31,675 nucleotides of DNA from Candidatus Kaiserbacteria bacterium (GTDB lineage: Bacteria; Patescibacteriota; Minisyncoccia; Phycocordibacterales; Phycocordibacteraceae): assembly GCA_016182285.1 (NCBI GenBank), contig JACOXQ010000028.1, positions 1-31,675 on the forward strand. Reading direction: 5' to 3'. Made by a program: the position numbers and the translations under genes. Positions 26,122-31,675 of the stretch are shown here, one piece after another (position 1 is the first letter of the stretch; every line of letters starts with the position of its first letter). Below the pieces are notes generated by a model. That model was not told the DNA's origin. It ran no database searches and saw only the letters and a program-made list of their open reading frames with translations.

Positions 26122-28007
26122 GTGAGAACAAGAAAAACTTATTTATTATTTATGAACTCGAGCACCTACCGGTGCTCGAGAAGCGATTAGCAACTGGAGA
26201 AAAATTTGAAGTAGTGGCGCTCGACTGGGAGGTAGAGCTTGAACTTAAGAATCGCGGGATTCCGTATATGCCGCTCCGGGAACTAGCGAAGTCGCCGGAA
26301 GGGGAGCGCGGACCAGTTGAGTTCACGCGAAAGCTCGCGCGAACCTGGTATCGGGAGAAGGGCTTCGCCTTTTTCGCGCACGACGGCATTCTGCTCGGGG
26401 AGCCGTATGAAATGCCCTTTTTGTATTACTTCCAGATGCTTTACTATAACCTCTCCGTCATCGGGCAGGTACTCGAACGCCTGCGGCCGAGCCGCGTCGT
26501 CATTCCCGAATCATTTCGATATGTGCCGAAGACGGCACTGCCGACCGAGGCGCCGTTCGTACAGATTCCGTCTGCTGTCGCCCGTCATCTCGCGCAGGTG
26601 CGCGGTCTCGAATGTGAAGTAATTGAAGTCCCTGCGGCGTATCGGCATCGGGGTGAACGACAGGCAATAGTGCGCGGCATTACAGAACGTCTTGCGCGCG
26701 CGGTCACGGCCGTAGTGAATGCCGCGGTCAGTCTCCGCAGACCGCGTGCGATAAGGCTTTTCGCGACTGACCCGTGGTCACGCATAGCTCCCTTCGTGCG
26801 CGCCATGCCGGATCTGGAGGTCGTGATGTCCCGTCGGCACGAGCTCCTCGCCATGAAAAGCGACGTATGGCGCGCCCGCGCCCGTTTCCATCATAGGCTG
26901 GACTTCGCCGGCGCACACGAGAGAACGATCGCACGCGAAAAAGCCAAGAAGTTCACTCGCGCCTTTGAGGCGCTTGGAGAGAGACCGGAAGTTGCACGGG
27001 CGTTCGTTCATGACGGCATATCACTGTGGGAAGTGGCGCGCGAAGCGCTAAGAGCGGTGATAGCGAGCGGTGAGGATATGATACAGACGATTGAGAGCAC
27101 TAAGCGCCTGCTCTCGCGGCGGCGGATTAACTGTGTCCTGCTCTTCAGTTCAGTTAAGGGATACAACAACATCATCGCTCGCGTCGCCGAACGGGCGGGC
27201 ATTCCCTGTATTGACCTGCAGCATGCACTTGCTCCAATGGATTCCAATCATCCGTATTCCCGTCTTTCTGCGCATTACCTCGCCTCATACGGCCCGCACA
27301 TGGTTCGCCAGTACGCCGCATTCGGAGTAGACCCGTCGCGGGTCATACCCATCGGTTCTCCTCGCTTTGATTCATATACCAAGCCCATGCCGGAGTCCGC
27401 GCTGGCGGCCGTGCGCGAAAAATTGCGGCTAGAGACGTCCAAACCCACGGCATTGCTCGGCATCCCGTTCGTCTTTCCCCAGATAGATTATTATGGATTC
27501 ACGAGTTATGGTGCGCGCGACATTATTGAGGATCTCGCAAACCTTGCTCGCGAAAACATGGCGAATCAGTTCATTCTGCGCCCGAAGCCCGGACCCGAAC
27601 GCTTTAGTTTTTATAACCGCAAGGAGACTCTGGAACTTTTCGGCAGCCGCGCGCGCATGGCGCAATTTGAGAACCTGCGCGCTCTGCTTTCGCTCTCGGA
27701 TATCGTCGTTTCCATGAATTCTACGCTTGCGCTTGAAGCGCTCATCCTCCATCGGCCGGTCATTCTCTACCTGACACCCCGGCTAGACCACGATTTTGAT
27801 GACTGGGAGGCGGCAGGAGCTCTGCGCATCGCCCGCGACCGGACGGAGCTCGCCCGCCATTTCAATGGCCTGCAGTCGGCTGATGCGCGCGAAGAGCAAG
27901 TCCGGCGCGCTGATAAGTTTCTTGCAGAGCAATTCTGCTTTGACGGCCGTTCTCGGGAGCGCATGGCCGCATTTTTACGCAAGGTCGTCGCCGAGCACCA
28001 GTCCTGA
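26118..28007 (+). CDS. 629-aa hypothetical protein with a C-terminal GT-B-like domain (TagF/capsule-polymerase-like)
   Basis: DLQHA, VIPIGSPRFD, LRPKPG and LLSLSDIVVSMNSTLALEALILHRPVI resemble the C-terminal Rossmann lobe of CDP-glycerol/CMP-sugar transferase-like surface-carbohydrate proteins. ATGA-coupled to the CDP-AP gene. Function not assignable. Confidence 0.6.
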   Translation: MSENKKNLFIIYELEHLPVLEKRLATGEKFEVVALDWEVELELKNRGIPYMPLRELAKSPEGERGPVEFTRKLARTWYREKGFAFFAHDGILLGEPYEMPFLYYFQMLYYNLSVIGQVLERLRPSRVVIPESFRYVPKTALPTEAPFVQIPSAVARHLAQVRGLECEVIEVPAAYRHRGERQAIVRGITERLARAVTAVVNAAVSLRRPRAIRLFATDPWSRIAPFVRAMPDLEVVMSRRHELLAMKSDVWRARARFHHRLDFAGAHERTIAREKAKKFTRAFEALGERPEVARAFVHDGISLWEVAREALRAVIASGEDMIQTIESTKRLLSRRRINCVLLFSSVKGYNNIIARVAERAGIPCIDLQHALAPMDSNHPYSRLSAHYLASYGPHMVRQYAAFGVDPSRVIPIGSPRFDSYTKPMPESALAAVREKLRLETSKPTALLGIPFVFPQIDYYGFTSYGARDIIEDLANLARENMANQFILRPKPGPERFSFYNRKETLELFGSRARMAQFENLRALLSLSDIVVSMNSTLALEALILHRPVILYLTPRLDHDFDDWEAAGALRIARDRTELARHFNGLQSADAREEQVRRADKFLAEQFCFDGRSRERMAAFLRKVVAEHQS

Positions 28008-28012
28008 TAGTG

Positions 28013-28021
28013 TGGTATAAT
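28013..28021 (+). promoter_or_regulatory. Consensus extended -10 promoter (TGgTATAAT)
   Basis: Perfect TGnTATAAT 5 nt after the preceding stop and 19 nt before ATG 28041. Confidence 0.7.
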
Positions 28022-28040
28022 AAATTTGTTAAAATTGCGC

Positions 28041-29045
28041 ATGAAGAAAAAACGCTATACGGGAATAGTCATCGGCTGCGGAAGAATCGGCGCTACGTTT
28101 GATATTGACAGCGGACTCCTGAAGCCGGCCTCTCATGCCGCCGCATTTGCCACTAACCCGCGCACAACTCTCGCGGCGCTGGTTGATTCGGATCCGATAC
28201 AGCTCAAGCGGGCCGGAGAGTATTACAACGTCACGACCTACGCCGACGCGCGCGAATGTCTGAAGGCGCTCATGCCCGACATAGTCGCTCTTGCGACCCC
28301 GCCTGGCACTCACGAAGAAATGCTGACTCTGGCTCTGGAGCTCCACATCCCTGCCATTATCTGCGAGAAACCGCTGAGCGATACGCTTGAGTCGGGCGAA
28401 CGCATGGTAGCGCAAGCCGCATTGTCAGATTCAGTCGTTGTTCTCAACCATCAACGACGCTTCCTCCCTTTATATAAGAATGCGAAGGAAAGAATTGCGG
28501 CGGGAGAATTGGGAGATATCCAGCAGGCTACTGCCTACTATACGAACGGTCTCTTGAACAATGCGACTCACACGCTGGATGCTCTGCAATTCCTGCTTGA
28601 TGACACAGCGGTATGGACTATCGGCGTACAGAACGAGCACAACACGGCTGCGCCTTTTGGCACTAATATTGACGGGCTCGTCGGATATAAGAAAGGTACT
28701 GTGGCGGTGCTACAGAGCTTCGACACTAATTCATATGGAGTGCACGATCTGCAGATCCTTGGGACTAATGGCGCCCTGATTATCCGACAGCAGGGATTCC
28801 GTTTTGAGTGGGTGCCGGTACGGGAGGGAGTCACCTTCTCCGGAGTAAAAGAGTTAGATTGGATGAGCGCGCAGACACAGACAGACCCTCGCAGTATGAT
28901 GGAGGGTACTATAGCTCACGCGGTTGAGTGCCTCGACGGAACGGTAGAGTCGCAGAGCACGCCTGAAGACGGTTACCGTACGATGCAGATTCTCGATGCG
29001 CTCGTGCGAAGCGCGGCAGAAGGAGGGAAACGAGTAATTATATAA
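28041..29045 (+). CDS. Gfo/Idh/MocA family NAD(P)-dependent oxidoreductase
   Basis: IVIGCGRIG, DIVALATPPGTH, ICEKP, VLNHQRRF, NNATHTLD. ATG 28041 chosen over TTG 28026, which lies only 4 nt from the -10 box. Confidence 0.9.
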   Translation: MKKKRYTGIVIGCGRIGATFDIDSGLLKPASHAAAFATNPRTTLAALVDSDPIQLKRAGEYYNVTTYADARECLKALMPDIVALATPPGTHEEMLTLALELHIPAIICEKPLSDTLESGERMVAQAALSDSVVVLNHQRRFLPLYKNAKERIAAGELGDIQQATAYYTNGLLNNATHTLDALQFLLDDTAVWTIGVQNEHNTAAPFGTNIDGLVGYKKGTVAVLQSFDTNSYGVHDLQILGTNGALIIRQQGFRFEWVPVREGVTFSGVKELDWMSAQTQTDPRSMMEGTIAHAVECLDGTVESQSTPEDGYRTMQILDALVRSAAEGGKRVII

Positions 29046-29048
29046 CGC

Positions 29049-30338
29049 ATGAAAAAAATACAAGACAGACCTGTATTTCTCGGAGGCACACCGGTGCTCG
29101 CAAAGCCGCTTCCCCCCATCCATGTGGTGGACAGAGAGGAGATAGCTGCTATAACCCGAGTTATCAATCGGGGTCCTTTATCGGGATTTGCCGGCGTGCA
29201 CAGTGAACGATTTTTCGGCGGAGAAGAAGTGCGCGCATTTGAAGCGGAGTTTTCAAAAAAATTCAAAGTGAAACATGCCGTATCGTTTAATTCGGCTACC
29301 ACGGCGCTTCATGGCGCCATCGTGGCGCTCGGCATCGGGCCAGGCGACGAGGTCATCGTGCCACCCTACACGATGTCGGCATCGGCGACCGCCGTACTGA
29401 TGAACGGCGCGATACCCATTTTTGCCGACATTGACGAGCGGACGTTCTGCATAGACCCGAAATCGGTGGAGAAACGGATTACGAAATACACTAAGGCCGT
29501 TATGGCCGTAAATCTTTTGGGGCAGGGCGCTGACTTTGCGGCGCTTTTGCCGCTCGCAAAAAAGCACAAACTTGCCATCATTGAGGACAACGCGCAGTCG
29601 CCGGGCGCCACCTGGCGCGGGAAGCCGCTCGGCACCGTGGGTGATATCGGTGTTTTTAGTTTGAATGTGCACAAGGCGATACAAACGGGCGAAGGAGGAA
29701 TTCTGGTTACGAATAATCCGATTTATGCGCTTCGCGCGCAGCTGTGCCGCAACCACGGCGAAGCCGTCGTTGACGACATGACCGATTACGACGCCGGACC
29801 AATCTTCGGCAGTAACTACCGCATGACAGAAGTCGTAGCAGCGATGGCGCGCGTGCAGTTGCGGCGGCTCGACTTCTTGACGAAAAAACGTGTCGCGCTT
29901 GCCGCGCGGCTCACGAAGGCACTGGCGCAGATCCCAGGTCTCACGCCGCCCTTCGTGCATTCCGGCAATACGCATGTCATACATCGGTACGCGATCCGAG
30001 TAGACGAAAAGAAGCTCGGAATCTCGCGAGATAGGCTTGTTGAAGCAATGGCCGCCGAGGGATTCAGCATGTCTCGCGGGTATGTGAAGCCGATCTATCT
30101 GCTGAAGCTGTTCCAAGAACGTAAGGCATTTAATCGCACCGGTTTTCCGTTTGAAAAAAATACCTACTACAAAGGGAACCCCGATTATTCAAAAGGGCTC
30201 TGTCCGGTCACCGAACGGATGTTTGAAAAAGAATTCACGTTCACCGATGTCTGTCAGTACCCCTACACGGCGCGGCACACTGATCTTTTTGTTGCCGCAT
30301 TGAAGAAGATTATTGCCTATAAGCATGAGCTCGCATAA
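29049..30338 (+). CDS. DegT/DnrJ/EryC1/StrS family PLP-dependent sugar aminotransferase
   Basis: NSATTALH, IGPGDEVIVPPYTMSASA, IEDNAQSPG, SLNVHK (PLP lysine), TGEGG, GSNYRM. Confidence 0.93.
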   Translation: MKKIQDRPVFLGGTPVLAKPLPPIHVVDREEIAAITRVINRGPLSGFAGVHSERFFGGEEVRAFEAEFSKKFKVKHAVSFNSATTALHGAIVALGIGPGDEVIVPPYTMSASATAVLMNGAIPIFADIDERTFCIDPKSVEKRITKYTKAVMAVNLLGQGADFAALLPLAKKHKLAIIEDNAQSPGATWRGKPLGTVGDIGVFSLNVHKAIQTGEGGILVTNNPIYALRAQLCRNHGEAVVDDMTDYDAGPIFGSNYRMTEVVAAMARVQLRRLDFLTKKRVALAARLTKALAQIPGLTPPFVHSGNTHVIHRYAIRVDEKKLGISRDRLVEAMAAEGFSMSRGYVKPIYLLKLFQERKAFNRTGFPFEKNTYYKGNPDYSKGLCPVTERMFEKEFTFTDVCQYPYTARHTDLFVAALKKIIAYKHELA

Positions 30339-31353
30339 ACGCATCCTCTGGAGCGCGAACGACCCAGGTGGAATGAACGCAATTATGCCGGTCATTTCTG
30401 CACTTGTCGCGCGCGGGGATATAATCGTCGGCCTTGCCACCGGTCCTGCGGTCGCTATGGCCAAACAAAAGGAGATTGCGGTAAAAAACGCGACGGCGTA
30501 TTCTGACGCGGAATTGTTGGAAAAAATCAATGCCGTGCGCCCCGATGTATTTCTCGCCGGTTCAAGCTCCGGCAATTCAATAGACAAAAAAATATTCAGG
30601 CTCATTCCGCATGTCCCATCGGTGTATGTGCTTGATTTCTGGTCCAATTACCGGATGCGTTTCAGCGCGGATGGAGATGACCTCAAATACTCTCCGACCG
30701 CCATCTGCATTATTGATGAACTCGCGCGGAACGAGATGCTCGCCGCTGGTTTTGAAGATAGCCGGCTCCATGTTACTGGCAACCCGCACACCGAGCATTT
30801 TATCGAAGATATTACACGCGATCGCGAGAACGCACACGAGCTGGTCTTCATTTCCCAGCCTATACGCGAAGTGGACGGCGGAAAATACGGTTTTGACGAA
30901 CATCTAGTGCTCGGGCACCTTATTCGTGCCGTGCAAAAAATGCCAGAACCGTTTCATCTGCGCATACGCCTGCATCCTAAGGACGAGCGACACAAATTTG
31001 ACGGGCTTCTCGGCGGGCGCGTTTCAATGTCTCCGGCCCACTCGCTTGAAGAGTCTCTCTCTACTGCGGGACTCGTGGTCGGCATGTTCTCTCCGGTACT
31101 CATCCAAGCGGCCACGTCGGGGAAGCGGGTGCTCTCGTATGAGCCCTGCCTGACAGGCGAGGACCCTCTTATAACGAACCGCCTCGGCCTTACAAAGAAG
31201 CTCACAACCGAACTAGAGTTGAATGAGGCGTTGGGAAAATACGCTGAGGGCGAATCGCATGCTACCGCGCTTGATGTAAATAAACTCTGGCCGAAAGGTG
31301 CTGTCGGGCGCATTTTGCAGGTCATTGATTCTCTTGTTCCACCGCGTGCATGA
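30325..31353 (+). CDS. Hypothetical GT-B-like surface-carbohydrate protein
   Basis: ANDPGG, VLDFWSNY, VTGNPH, FISQP, LRIRLHPKD and VVGMFS.VLIQA suggest a two-lobed GT-B fold. Start ATG 30325 (ORF track uses TTG 30313). Confidence 0.6.
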   Translation: MSSHKRILWSANDPGGMNAIMPVISALVARGDIIVGLATGPAVAMAKQKEIAVKNATAYSDAELLEKINAVRPDVFLAGSSSGNSIDKKIFRLIPHVPSVYVLDFWSNYRMRFSADGDDLKYSPTAICIIDELARNEMLAAGFEDSRLHVTGNPHTEHFIEDITRDRENAHELVFISQPIREVDGGKYGFDEHLVLGHLIRAVQKMPEPFHLRIRLHPKDERHKFDGLLGGRVSMSPAHSLEESLSTAGLVVGMFSPVLIQAATSGKRVLSYEPCLTGEDPLITNRLGLTKKLTTELELNEALGKYAEGESHATALDVNKLWPKGAVGRILQVIDSLVPPRA

Positions 31354-31363
31354 ATCCGTTGAT

Positions 31364-31675
31364 ATGAAAAAAGTTGAAGTACAAGTCATTATTCAAGCTC
31401 GTATGGGTTCAAGCCGCCTGCCGGGAAAGATATTGAAGCCGTATGTAGGCGGTTACGCCGTCTTGGAATGGATTATTGAGCGCGCCCGGCTTTCCACGCG
31501 CGCCGAACGCGTGGTCGTTGCGACTACTACGAATCAGAAAGACGACGCCACCGAGGATGCGTGCAGGCGCATCGGATGTGATTTCGTGCGCGGAAGCGAA
31601 GACGATGTGCTCGCGCGTTTTGCGGATGCAGCACGCGCATACCCCTCAGATGTCATCCTGCAGATAAACGCTGAC
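31364..31675 (+). CDS. SpsF/PseF/KdsB-type acylneuraminate cytidylyltransferase family protein (3' end truncated; missing from the ORF track)
   Basis: My translation: MKKVEVQVIIQARMGSSRLPGKILKPY...VVATTTNQKDD...RGSEDDVLARF...ILQINAD. QARMGSSRLPGK and RGSEDDVLxRF are SpsF-type signatures; 104 codons open to the window end. Confidence 0.92.
   Translation, partial: MKKVEVQVIIQARMGSSRLPGKILKPYVGGYAVLEWIIERARLSTRAERVVVATTTNQKDDATEDACRRIGCDFVRGSEDDVLARFADAARAYPSDVILQINAD

Noticed and set aside
29049-30338. Aminotransferase as the 2-aminoethylphosphonate transaminase of the phosphonate pathway
   Set aside because: Its motifs are DegT/DnrJ sugar-aminotransferase type, not class V AepZ/PhnW, and it lies behind a separate promoter.

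Overview
A gene-dense cell-surface glycan (and possibly lipid) modification locus of about 30 CDS, almost all on the + strand, with both ends running off the window. From left to right: two GT4 glycosyltransferases; a GtrA / GT-C / GT2 lipid-carrier glycosylation block with a SAM methyltransferase and a ChbG/HpnK-type deacetylase; a nucleotide-sugar 4,6-dehydratase, an SDR epimerase/reductase, two FkbM-like methyltransferases, a GT4 and a GT9; a mixed-orientation central block (15064-21683) holding an SDR dehydratase, a cobalamin-binding radical SAM enzyme, three separated ADP-heptose-pathway-like genes (HldC-like, GmhB-like, HldA-like), a CTP-dependent riboflavin-kinase-like small protein and an EEP hydrolase; a compact phosphonate operon (cytidylyltransferase-PEP mutase fusion, phosphonopyruvate decarboxylase, group III Fe-ADH, variant CDP-alcohol phosphotransferase, 629-aa GT-B/TagF-like protein); and the start of an amino-sugar/nonulosonate-type module (Gfo/Idh/MocA, DegT aminotransferase, unknown GT-B-like protein, SpsF/PseF-like cytidylyltransferase). 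The strongest signal is the phosphonate operon, predicted to make CMP-activated 2-hydroxyethylphosphonate. Together with the B12 radical SAM gene upstream, it mirrors the Fom1/Fom2/FomC/Fom3 early steps of fosfomycin biosynthesis, but here it sits inside a glycan locus. Protein style, ATGA coupling and scarce Shine-Dalgarno sites suggest a Patescibacteria (CPR/Parcubacteria) host; that is inference only. I saw no rRNA, tRNA, CRISPR array, transposase or integrase. All family calls come from motifs recognised by eye, not from database searches.
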